DNA of 54,952 bases, filler included, from Sluysia triapertura (taxonomy: Eukaryota), in the NCBI GenBank assembly GCA_046118255.1. It is 3 parts of 3 records of this genome, joined end to end, with 100 filler letters (N's around TTAATTAATTAA, not from the genome) between each part and the next. Parts side by side here need not be neighbours in the genome. Positions count along the whole stretch, not along the records: positions 1 to 21,021 come from JBJNIA010003336.1; positions 21,122 to 43,779 come from JBJNIA010219580.1; 1 more part is not named here. One strand, 5' to 3'. A model generated the notes under the pieces. It searched no databases. It had not been told where the DNA came from and worked only from the letters and a program-made list of their open reading frames with translations. Position 1 is the stretch's first letter, and each line of letters starts with the position of its first letter. The translations under genes and the position numbers were made by a program. Shown here piece by piece: positions 16,020-27,000 of the stretch.

Positions 16020-16430
16020 ATAATCGCTCATTTCAATTATTGTGTGGCAGTTGACCTTTCTTCAGTTAAAATTTCACTTTGTCACACCAACAACAAAAAT
16101 GCCACATTTACAACGTAGAAGATTAAACTAAATACGTAAACATATAAAGCCTAAAATGGAAATTGGAAAACAATATAATTACAATGTAATTACTACAAAA
16201 TTCAGTCTACCTTTCTTTATACCTCTTTTCTGCTATCTGAAAAGGCTAAACAAAACAATACTCACAATGCGGATGTTTAATTTTCTGAAGTTTCTAAAGA
16301 ATCTCAAATTAATTAAAATTTCCAAATTACAAATATATTAGATATTCCAAATGAAATTGAAAGTTCGAGAATTGAAAAACTTTCATAATATTATCAACTT
16401 CATAAGAGTGGGTGTATTCCAATTAAGTCT
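16020..16430 (+). mobile_element. Possible decayed LTR-retrotransposon integrase fragment
   Basis: CNYYKIQST..KRLNKTILTMRMF resembles the integrase ERxNxTIxxM helix. It is degraded and no LTRs were seen. Confidence 0.3.
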
Positions 16431-19400
16431 AAACATTTAACAAATGAAAAATAAAATTATTTCAAGTGCTTTGAAATTGCTGAAATTATGAACAATGAAA
16501 AAGATAATGAAATAAAAAATTAAAGTATCGAAGAAAATATAGAAAATGTTAAACCTAATACGGAGCACAATAATAATTTTATATCATATGAATTAAGCCA
16601 ACATGGCTGATAATTACATTATGAATTAATCTAATCTAGTAACTAAATCAAATGTTAATTGTCTATCCTAAATCCAATTCACATTCACATATATGCATGC
16701 ATTTTAGCATTTTTATGTATGTATATATTACGCATTAGTTAAAAAGTACAAAATTAGAAAAGAGTTAAAAAGATTAGTGGCAAGAAAAGTATTAGTGTGT
16801 GCAGGCATTATTAATTAAAGCCAATAAAAATTATACTACACACAAATAAATATGAAAAAAATATAGCGGTTACAAAAATATAAAGTAAAACCAGGGAAAA
16901 AATACAAAACGAGAAAATTAAACAAACAAAATCAACAATGACGGCCAGAAGTTACTCATTCTTGCCACGCAAACGCAACTCATTCAACCCAAATTCAACT
17001 ATGTCTAAATAACGATGATTTCCACAACTCAAATAATACTCATGACGATTCTAAGTTCAATGATGTCTCTGAAAATGAAGACAATGATGATTTCTACAAA
17101 CTAGATAGAATCAAGTAAAAAACGACTGTCCAAAAAATCCCAGTTGATTTATAGTAACACGCACCATTACTATATTCTTTTATATTATGCTCTCGTTTAT
17201 TTTCTTACTCGTTATGTAGATAAAATGTTCATCCTCCTAAACTTCTGGTAACCAAAAAGATTTTCATAAATATTTTTTTCGTGTTTAAATTTAACATTTT
17301 GCGCGATTAGGTAATAAATAATAATAACGAATTATTGATTTTCGAAATAAATATAAGCCAATCTAAATATGTTTACATTCAGCAACTTAATAAACGTCCC
17401 ATCCAATATTTACTTAATAAACCAACAAAGATTTCAACTGCCTCTACAAAACATTGTAAATAAATAGTGTCACGACTAGGATCTCTCCCTCAATATTGTT
17501 ACACACAAAAATACAAAACAAGAACCAAGGAAATTTATTTATATACGTTTCCATCAAATTATCTGTGAAATTGAAATGTCGACCAATCAAAAGATTCTTC
17601 AACATTCGAATAAGATTCAAAGATTTGAAGAAAAATGCTCATTTATTCAGTCAGTATTCAGTGTTACCGGTCTTCGTCAATTAATCAGGAAGAGCTTTTT
17701 AAAACCATAATAAAAATCTCCAATTTACATTGTCAAACTAAACTAAATTCATAAATTTGTAAAGCTCAAACTTGGAAATTTAAAATTTATTAAAATATTC
17801 TTAAACATTACTATTGTTGTTTTACTATTACTCAATGTTCTTTTTAATTTAATATTAATACTAATGTTATCAATATTATCAAAGAATTTATTTAATTTTA
17901 TTATTACTATTGCTTTTTTAAAAGTGTTTGTGTATAATTAGAACCATTTAGCACGAATTTTAAAAATTTATAATGAACGTTGAATTTTTATATTATCTTT
18001 TATGCTATAATTAGCGTTTATTATTCTAATATTATTATTTTCTTTATTAATTTTGATAATATTTTATACCATTTCCAAACTAAGAATCGGAAATCATTTT
18101 GAAGATCACTTCTTAATCGGCAATGTTAATAAAATATATGAAAAATAAAAAATTTAAGAAAGAAAATAATAATACAGATGATAAAAATAATATTAGAGTA
18201 AACAATTTTATTATTTTCATAGTAATAAACATAATAATAATAATAATTAAAAATATTTATTTAATTATATAATTATTTTATGCTACAGATAATAATTTTT
18301 AATAAATTTTGAAATTATTCAGACATAATAAAATTTATTATTTAATATTATTGTAAAGTAGTACAATCTACTTGATACAAAATTAATTAATACGTTTAAT
18401 TAATAGACTAAATAATCAAGATTCATACTTTATTTTCATAATTTCATTTTGCATTAATAAATATAAGTAAATTTTAGTGGAAATTAGTACCAATTAGTGA
18501 TATTTATAAATATTATTTCATTTTTGATTGTTTCTCGTTGTGGTTCTACTTAATATTGTTCGTAATACAATTAAATGTATTGTGATGTATCCATAATTAA
18601 TGTTTGTTAATTAAACCAATCAAAAGAAGCAACCGTTTCAAAAATATTTCACTACATTATTAATAATTTAATCCGCAATTATTATTTAATTTAAGAAAAT
18701 TTAATTTCTATTGAAAGGTAATCATCTACAAATTTATTTAATAATTAATAAATAAATAATTAATTAATAATAAATTAATTAATATATTTAATTTAAATAT
18801 ATTAATAAAAGTTATTTAACTTTTTTCTCTAATTTAATAAATAAATTAAATTTATTAAAATACCAATATTAATTATACAAATTATGAATAATAGATGAGC
18901 ATTATTCCAAATAATATTTTAAAGGTCTTCTTTTTCTTTGTTTATTCAAATAGCTCCAATTTAGAATAAAACGGAATCATCGAATTAAAATGAAAATGTT
19001 TTAGATTGGCAAAACGTTTTGCTGATTCATTATATTGATTCACAAGTTCTTGTAATAGTTTCTCGCCTCCTTTATCGTATAGAAAAAATAAAATAATTTT
19101 ATTTATTAGAAATTGTAATAAATATTTAACAATATTTTCTTTGTTTATATATGTCACATTTTGACTTTGTTCAAATTGTAATTTGATTCTTCTAACTTTT
19201 TCATCTTTTCTCAACGTTTTATTATTTGCATCTGTATTTGTTTTGTTTTTTTGTCAGATATTAAATTTTGTATGTATGCTAGTATGTATGTGTGTCTGTA
19301 ATTCTATGATTGTATCGTACTTAGGAATTAGTTTTAAAACGATGTTATAATTATATTTCAATTACAAATTATGTGCGATAAATGAAAAAGAAATTATCTA

Positions 19401-19539
19401 ATTTAAAACGAAAGCAGAATTAATTATTAAAACTAAAAATAATTAATAAATAAAACAAAAAAAATAATTTATCATAAAGATAATTGTAAAACGAAAATCG
19501 ATAAATATAAAATCAAAATAGTGCTTTATATATACTAAT

Positions 19540-20046
19540 TGCCAAATTATTAAAATAAAGACCATTTTTGTGATAAAATTCAACATTTTTCAGTGATACT
19601 ATGAAACTATTAATCAAAAGTGTATAAAAACATTGTCACGGAAAATGTAAAATGTTGGAAAATAGCTACTTTCTCCAAAAAATTCTGGTGAAAGTAAAAT
19701 AAAAGATAAAAATACTGAGATCCAAAACATATAGAAATTTTATTCATGTGGAATGTGATAACACAATTTACTACAAATCAAATATGTACAAACTGTTATA
19801 AGAGTACTTTGTTTGTCCCCCTTTGTTATCCAATAATTTCTTGATCCTTAGAGGCATTCCACGAATGAGCTTGCAGTACAAGTCTGTGATCTCGTCCTCG
19901 TACTTTTATCAAGGTTTCAATAAATTCCGTTCGACATTCTGCCGCAAATTTTCTATGGGATTCATGTCTGGAGAGTTTTCAGGTCAGGGTAGCAAATATT
20001 AAGAAAACTATAGAAAAACATCTTTTTCTTGTTTTAGTCTAATAAA
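19540..20046 (-). mobile_element. Non-autonomous Tc1-like element, copy 3
   Basis: Long near-identical blocks are shared with 2386-2833 (e.g. GATACTATGAAACTATTAATCAAAAGTGTATAAAAACATTGTC). It has the same TIR-to-transposase junction as 7582-8085. Confidence 0.8.
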
Positions 20047-20510
20047 ACCTTGAAAAAGTAGATCGAATTGAAAAAAAATTAGATAATTGTATTTTTAAAA
20101 TATTAACATTTATAGAACTATTTATATACTATTTATAATCAAGATCGATTTGAGATGCAAAATCATCTTATGATAAAATTAACAAAATTTCCAGTCTAAA
20201 ATCACACAGCCTTCCTTACATTTTATATTTTAAAACCTTCACATTTAATCAAACATTTTAAACCTTAAATCACTCAACAATAACATTATATTAAACAAAT
20301 TCATACAAAGACAAAAGCACAATGTAGTTCATTGAATCCACTTCAGATACCAAATAACAACTCAAAGAAGAAAATTCACACTTTATAATAGCCAATTCAT
20401 TGAACACAGTCATCTCAAATAAATTTCATTGACACAATATTAGATTGCTACTACAACAACATGTTTAGAAATCACCAAATAATTACTTATACACCTTGCA
20501 CCATATACGA

Positions 20511-21021
20511 CTCCCTCTGTCCGAAAATAAGAGTCCCATTTCTAAATATTAGGTTTTTTTATTGATTTAAATGGTATGAAGGGATCAAGTTTTCATTGAT
20601 AAACACAATTTTTCCGGTTTAAACATAACTAATTATTAATGCAAGTGAATCTAAGAAGATGTTGTTGGAAAAATTAATTCCTGCCATAAAAGAAAAATGG
20701 CCCAAAGAATATCAGCATGAATCCTTAATCGTTCAACAAGATAATGCAAAACCACACGTAAATAATAGCGATGTAGATGTAGTTAGAGCGGGAAATTCTG
20801 ATGGTTGGTCTATAAACTTAAAATCACAGCCTCCCAATAGTCCGGATTTAAATGTCTTAGATTTAGGATTTTTTGCATCAATTCAATCTTTACAACATCA
20901 AGAAGCACCGAATACTATTGATGAATTAATTACAGTTGTTGAAAGAGCTTATGAGAATTACGATATCACGAAATTAGACAATATTTTTTTAACTTTACAA
21001 AGTTGTATGGATAGCATTATA
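20511..21021 (+). mobile_element. DD39D (plant-mariner/Stowaway-type) Tc1/mariner element, internally deleted and cut by the scaffold end
   Basis: The terminus is CTCCCTCTGTCCGAAAATAAG. ORF 20659-21021 reads IPAIKEKWP..QQDNAKPH..QPPNSPDLNVLDLGFFASIQSLQ, with exactly 39 residues between the second and third catalytic Asp. Confidence 0.9.
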
Positions 21022-21121
21022 NNNNNNNNNNNNNNNNNNNNNNNNNNNNNNNNNNNNNNNNNNNNTTAATTAATTAANNNNNNNNNNNNNNNNNNNNNNN
21101 NNNNNNNNNNNNNNNNNNNNN
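21022..21121. other. Artificial scaffold-join spacer
   Basis: 44 N + TTAATTAATTAA (stop codons in all six frames) + 44 N = 100 bp. It is identical to 43780-43879. Confidence 0.95.
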
Positions 21122-21183
21122 GTGGTAGAGCAGTCGAACTGCGCAGCGATGGTCCCGGGTTCGATCCCCGGTCAGTCCATTTT
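21122..21183 (+). pseudogene. tRNA-like sequence (probably Ala-TGC-derived pseudogene or SINE head), 5' end lost at the scaffold edge
   Basis: It has the A-box end GTGGTAGAGC, a perfect T arm CCGGG-TTCGATC-CCCGG, the acceptor 3' strand TCAGTCC-A and then TTTT. Canonical numbering puts TGC at 34-36, but the anticodon stem does not pair and U33 is absent. Confidence 0.7.
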
Positions 21184-22749
21184 ACGAAGTCTAACAAACT
21201 TAATTTTGAGTTAATTTTGAAAGAAGTTTATAAGTATCCAAAATATAACTACTATTTTGTAGACTTTGTATTTGTTACTTACATTTGATAAATAAACTTT
21301 TATTGAGTTTAGTTTATATTATTTGATTTTAAGAAGAGCTTGAATTCTAACGTTACAAATGTTAGAAAATAATTTAGGTAAAAAAGAGCTAAGTCAAAGC
21401 CAAGTTATAGACTTAATAAACATATAATTAATTTAACATAGCATAGTACCCGTGCGAGATACATAAAATCCACTTAACGTTTTTTAATTATTTATTTACA
21501 TCCATTTTAAATATGTCGATTAAAATATCATTAAAATAAATCATTTCAATTAAAGTTTCCACATTATTTCTATTATTCTTCCTAGTTTAAATAATAGATT
21601 TTGAATAATTTAACTTCGTAATTTATAAATTATATAGCTATAACCTAATTAAATCGATACTAGATTGTATTTTTAACAAGGTTATTTTAAACAAGCCTTT
21701 AATATATTTTGTTGCAGCCTTACCTTAAATAAGGACTTAAAATATATTTAAGAATTAAATAACAAAATTGTAGTTAGTAGTAGATTAAGTAAAGTAAAAA
21801 TAATCAAACCACCTTAAAGCCCTTAATTGAATAAGTCCTATTTCATATTTTAGAATAAAATGTATGTTAGGTAGGTTCTAGTATGAACCACTGCCAATTT
21901 ACTGAGTCATGTCTCAGTAACTAAGTCGATTTAATACATTATCTAAATTTTCCTCAACGTTTAAATAAAAGTAATAATTTGATTTTGATCAAACAAAATA
22001 TTTCCCCAAACTCGAAATTCATAAACCAAAATTATTACTAATTGTACGAAAATGTATGAAAAATATTAAAACTTTCCCTTATTTATTTTTTGATTCAAGC
22101 CAAGATTGTGTTTTCAGGACCTGTTTCGTGTATATCGAATAATTATTATTTTGATTAATATACATTTCATATTGAATAAGAAAATAAAAACAAAAACTAG
22201 ATGGAATTTTATTGTTTTACAAACTATTATTAATAAAATACACAATTACAGTAATTAATAAAGCTTTATAATTTCAAAAATAATTATAAATTCTAAATGT
22301 AAAATACATATTTTAATTTTTAATTAACTAATCGAAACTGATAATTTGAAATAGTCGAATTCAAAATAAGAATGAGTAATCGATAATAATAATAATAGAT
22401 CACTCTTGCATCTTGTTTTGAGCTTATATATAAATAAGGATAGTTATAAAAATTAGTCATATCTACCTTTAGTGTATTTCAATGATCAAAATAATTATTT
22501 AATTTTTGTTGAAATTTATTTTAATTTAGAATTTTATGTTTTTATTAAATTATGCATTTTTAAATTAGTTATAGAAATTAATTTAGGCATTTCTTTAACC
22601 ACTAAATATACAATGTTAATTATTTTTATAATTTTAAATCGAACCATTATTGTTAGAACTATTTTCCTAAGTCAATTAATTAAGTTAATTAATTTTGACA
22701 ATAATAATAATAATAATAGCAATAAATTTATAACAATTTTACGTTTCCT

Positions 22750-23620
22750 AAATGCAAAATGATTTGTCTTCTAATATTTGCACAATTATGGATACATGGG
22801 TCGATTTAAAATGTGAGTATTTAAATTTGAGGCACAATATATGAATGAATGCTTAGAGAAATATCTTATAAAGCTCTACTGTTCCCATGTGGAACAAACC
22901 CTGGACATCAAATCATTACCTCATTAAATTTTTAAAACGACTTATAACTCACTATTATAAATAAAATAATATCTTAAATATATTTATGGTGTTATATTTC
23001 CAGAAATATATAAAATGACTTCATAAATTTTATGGTTCTAATTATTGCCATATCACAAAATAATGTTTTTACACAGTAGATCTTATTTATTGAAAAAAAG
23101 GATGACAAACTTCTGATGATAAATACAATTTAATCTACAAATAATGACCAACAATAATCAAAAAATATATTGTGGAAAATGAATATTTATAAAATATATT
23201 TTCAATATCAAAGACACTATTAAAGCTAATAATATAGAAAAATCAAAATCGTGTTTTTATAATATTATTTATTAATCAACGCGCTTCAACAAAACATAAT
23301 AAAAGCAGAAAATTTAATTTAATAGCACAACTCAAACTTGTAATATCATAGGTGCAAATGATGAGTTTCATATTTTGATCATGTGCCATGTTTATTATAA
23401 AATCGAAAATTAATATTGATTTGAAAATATAATTTAATTACAAATTATAATAATTTTTACAATTTTTCACTTATACTAATTAAGCGATATTGAAGTTTTT
23501 AATGTATATATATATAGACGTAATAATGTAAATGGCTAAGTTCAAAAAGAACGCCTGGGTTTTGTGTACTAGGTACATCCAAATAATGTATAATGTATAA
23601 TAATAATAATAATAATAAAT
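22750..23620 (+). mobile_element. Decayed CR1-group LINE 3' part with (TAA)n tail
   Basis: Fragments QNDLSSNICTIMDTW, YKALLFP and CNIIGANDEFHILIMC (C-terminal zinc knuckle) occur in colinear order and end in TAA repeats. Confidence 0.4.
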
Positions 23621-24232
23621 TTTACGGTTTCAGTGAAATTAATTTTCACCCCCTTTTCCTAGAAATGTACAACACATTTAATGAAGGATAGAAAAAATAA
23701 AAATATTAATAAATTACAACTATTAATTGTTATTATTATTATTTGATAATTTAAATTATTATTATTTAATGTTTCACTTATAAACCAAGAAACACAATTT
23801 CCTTAAATTATTCGAATAAAATGTGTTCGAAATTAACAATTTTGTTGTCTACTAGATAGATGAACATTATCTTTTTCGCATGGACATTTGACTTCTAAAC
23901 ATTAACATGCCTGACAAATTTCACATCATAAATTATATAACGGTAAAAAAATAATAAAGCAAGGATAAAAAATTCTAATTTTTGGAACTTAAATTGTAAA
24001 AACCTAAAAAATCAGAACTATCTTTTGATGGCAAATTAAAGGGATTGTTAGTTCATACAATAACTAAGATTAATAAAGTTTACAATACAGTATGATGGTA
24101 ACACAAAAATAAGAACATTAAATGGTTTAGATAAAAAGATCCTTGACATTAATGTAAATAATATTAATCAAAATCCCTGGTTACACTTTTAATTTTAAAT
24201 TAAAGCTAATTTATAAGTAAATGCAACATTAA

Positions 24233-24414
24233 CCCATTATCCACCCCAATTAAAAGCTAGACAAAATTTAAATAAACTCTACAATGATATATTCAGACTA
24301 ACCAATTGGAACTATTTTTGCAACAATTGTTATTGTTATTTTTACTGGTTGCAGTTACTAAAAGAAAAATATTTAAAAATGTGTCTCAATAATGGAACAT
24401 TGGTGGATAATGGG
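24233..24414 (-). mobile_element. piggyBac-type MITE (182 bp)
   Basis: TTAA flanks both sides (24229-24232, 24415-24418). The 13-bp TIR CCCATTATCCACC / GGTGGATAATGGG is perfect. Confidence 0.9.
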
Positions 24415-24706
24415 TTAATATTATAAAAGCGTAAAGCTACCTCATAGAAATAAAATTAAGATAATATTTTGAAAATAGCTCCCCAAATATGTTGGACGCA
24501 GTATTGTTTAACAATAATTGTCCTCTCAAATACCTAAAATGTATCAGAAAACAAATTTATTGATGAATTACGATATTGTTAAAATCTGCGTCTTCTACTG
24601 GGAGATAATAAATAATAAATATTTTGAGCCAATCAAACTTAAATCTGTAAAAAAACACTGTTACAATTAAATTAATTTTAATAAAGCCAAAAACCAAAGT
24701 CAAATT

Positions 24707-25020
24707 TTACATATGTTCAGGGTGATTTTTCAGACAATCAATGAATAATTTGGGTGATATGGTCCCAGCACAAATTTCATGTATAGCCGTAAAAAGTGGA
24801 TAAGCATTTTGACGATTATGAGCTACCAACATCTGATTGACTTCTTTAGCTGTAAGTGGACCCTGCGCAGATTGACCATTAAGTAATTCCTTTTCTAATT
24901 CTGGTACCGAACGTCCTGTTTCTACCAATGCACGCCCGATTTTTTTATTGCGACCACCATAACAAGTTGTGATCAAATCTGCTACGCCACAACTTTCTAG
25001 AAATGTACTCTGATCTAAAC
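24707..25020 (-). CDS. gpdh: Cytosolic NAD-dependent glycerol-3-phosphate dehydrogenase, last coding exon
   Basis: Translation STFLESCGVADLITTCYGGRNKKIG..EKELLNGQSAQGPLTA..PLFTAIHEIC..DCLKNHPEHM* is the diagnostic animal GPD1/GPDH C-terminus. The phase-1 acceptor is tattgtttAG at 25030-25021, and AATAAA lies on the minus strand at about 24556-24561. Confidence 0.96.
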
Positions 25021-25963
25021 CTAAACAATATGTATAATCAACATTATTCAATTAAATAATTGTCATAAAATTGTAATCGAATATATAATTTCAGTTATTC
25101 TTGCATTCGAAATTATAAAATTCCGAAACAAATTTTTAAATTCAGTACATATGGCGTGTGTGACGATGAATATTCCAGCCAATAAAATTATGAGAAATTG
25201 ATTACCCATTTAATTTCTGTTATCAATATAATTTTTTCATTGTATCCTTACATTTTCCTTGGGAGAATTCTCAGATGCACACTTAATAGTGCATATTAGT
25301 ATAGCGCTGATGATTAAATAGTTTGAATTATAAAAAAACGTCGTTAAAACAACATTTTATTTAAGAGTCAATGAAATTAGGTGATACAATTTTAAAGACA
25401 TTAAAAACATATACATTACAATACTAATAGTTTTAAAAAACAAAATAATAATAATAAACTATCAATTATAATTTTGCAATCATTAAATAAACATGAACTT
25501 AATCATAAAATAGTACAAATAAATGAAATAATACCAACGAAATGTACTTAAATTTAAGTTTATTATTTTCAAAGTACTTGAGGAATTTGAAAATACTTGA
25601 TTATCAATATCAATTAAACTTTGTAAAATTCTCAACAATTTATATAATTGACACACAATATTAGTAAACATCCAGGTACAAATAGTGAATAAAAAATATC
25701 ATAATTTTAAAAAATAAATAGTACTATCACTTTTTTGAAAAATCTGATTTTGAGATACCCTGTAATACCCTTCTATCATGTTGACGCGAACATCTGCTTG
25801 CTAGGTCACATCACTTTGTCCGTAAATGCTGTTAAATTCAATGACATGAATTAGAAATATATGATCCAAAGAATACGAATCTTAAGATTTAGATTGAAGC
25901 AAAGTATTGCAACCTGCAACATTATTTAAGGACATTACGAATGGTGTGTTTACCTCTAATCCT

Positions 25964-25964
<1 letters not shown>

Positions 25965-26009
<45 letters not shown>

Positions 26010-26430
26010 TATTAATTTATATCTACTCATATAAGTTATATCTACTACAAAGGAAGTACTCAAAAATGCTTAAAATAAATCATTCACCATAATATTTCTG
26101 AAACAGAAACGCTATACAACCTTTCATGTAGCTTATTATCTGTATAGATTATTATGTCTCAATGAAATATTCATCTTGGTTTCCAATTTTTTATTATTTC
26201 TAAGAGATATTCAGGACTTCCATAATGTAAGCATTTGTAAATTATTGTCATGATTTTGAATTCTCTTCTTGCTTTTATTGGCAACCAATATAATTCCTTA
26301 AGATAGTCTTGGAGGAATAGTCTTGCTGCTTGATTAATTATTAATTGTAATTTTTTCACTTTTCTATATGAAATTGAGTCCAATAAACCATTGTTAAAAT
26401 CCATGTTGCTAGTATAAATAAATGAACAAT
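25965..26430 (-). mobile_element. L2-clade LINE 3' end with (TTA)n tail
   Basis: ORF 26171-26404 reads MDFNNGLL..KKLQLIINQAARL..LKELYWLPIKARREFKIMTIIYKCLHYGSPEYL, the typical L2 post-RT region. It is followed by a 3' UTR shared with three other copies and a trinucleotide tail. Confidence 0.85.
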
Positions 26431-26559
26431 TAGTTTAGCTGTTTAGCTATAGAGAATAACTAACTAATTTATAGAAATCCATCTTAAAATCATTTATGTT
26501 ATTTCACTCGTAGCAAGAAATTGGCTATTTATAAAGTGAAGTCATTTATAAGGAGAACA

Positions 26560-27000
26560 TATCTTTATAAAAATTACTTAAGAATGGAATCGAAGAATTT
26601 ATTGACGACACTATGAAAATACATTTCATAATCAAGAACGAGATTGGTTAACTGTTTCGAAAGCACAATATTGATTGACATTGGTTGTAACTATGGATAT
26701 TAAAGAGTTAGTATCCGCAAATGGTTGCATGCACAACCAAGAGTTTATGCATTACGATACTAAGACAATATCATTTTATGACTTTGACAGTGCTTCCTAC
26801 TTTATTAAAGATAGATATTTTTCAACTTATGTTGGAACAATACATCATTTGGTTCCAGAAGTGATGTATCCTCTCGTGCACATGTAGAATCAACATATGA
26901 GATATACATTCTATTTTATCATGAATTTCTCCACTAAGTAGCAGACAGGAAATCTTGCGCATCTGATCATGGCGATTTCAAAACCTCGTGTTTGTGGTAA
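26560..27000 (+). pseudogene. Degenerate Ser/Thr protein kinase domain fragment
   Basis: CMHNQEFMHYD..FYDFDSASY..STYVGTIHHLVPEVM aligns with kinase subdomains VIb (HxD), VII (DFG read as DFD) and VIII (GTxxYxAPE). It is interrupted by stops and deletions. Confidence 0.6.

Noticed and set aside
18942-19214. 90-aa minus-strand ORF
   Set aside because: It looks protein-like but has no recognisable motif, no ATG start and no convincing splice sites, so no product can be supported.
21066-21077. TTAATTAATTAA as a biological palindrome or piggyBac target
   Set aside because: It is centred in a symmetric N spacer and repeated exactly at 43824-43835, so it is a synthetic linker.
21122-21183. Functional tRNA gene with an unusual anticodon (recoding)
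   Set aside because: The anticodon stem does not pair in canonical register and the 5' end is missing. A pseudogene or SINE head is more parsimonious.
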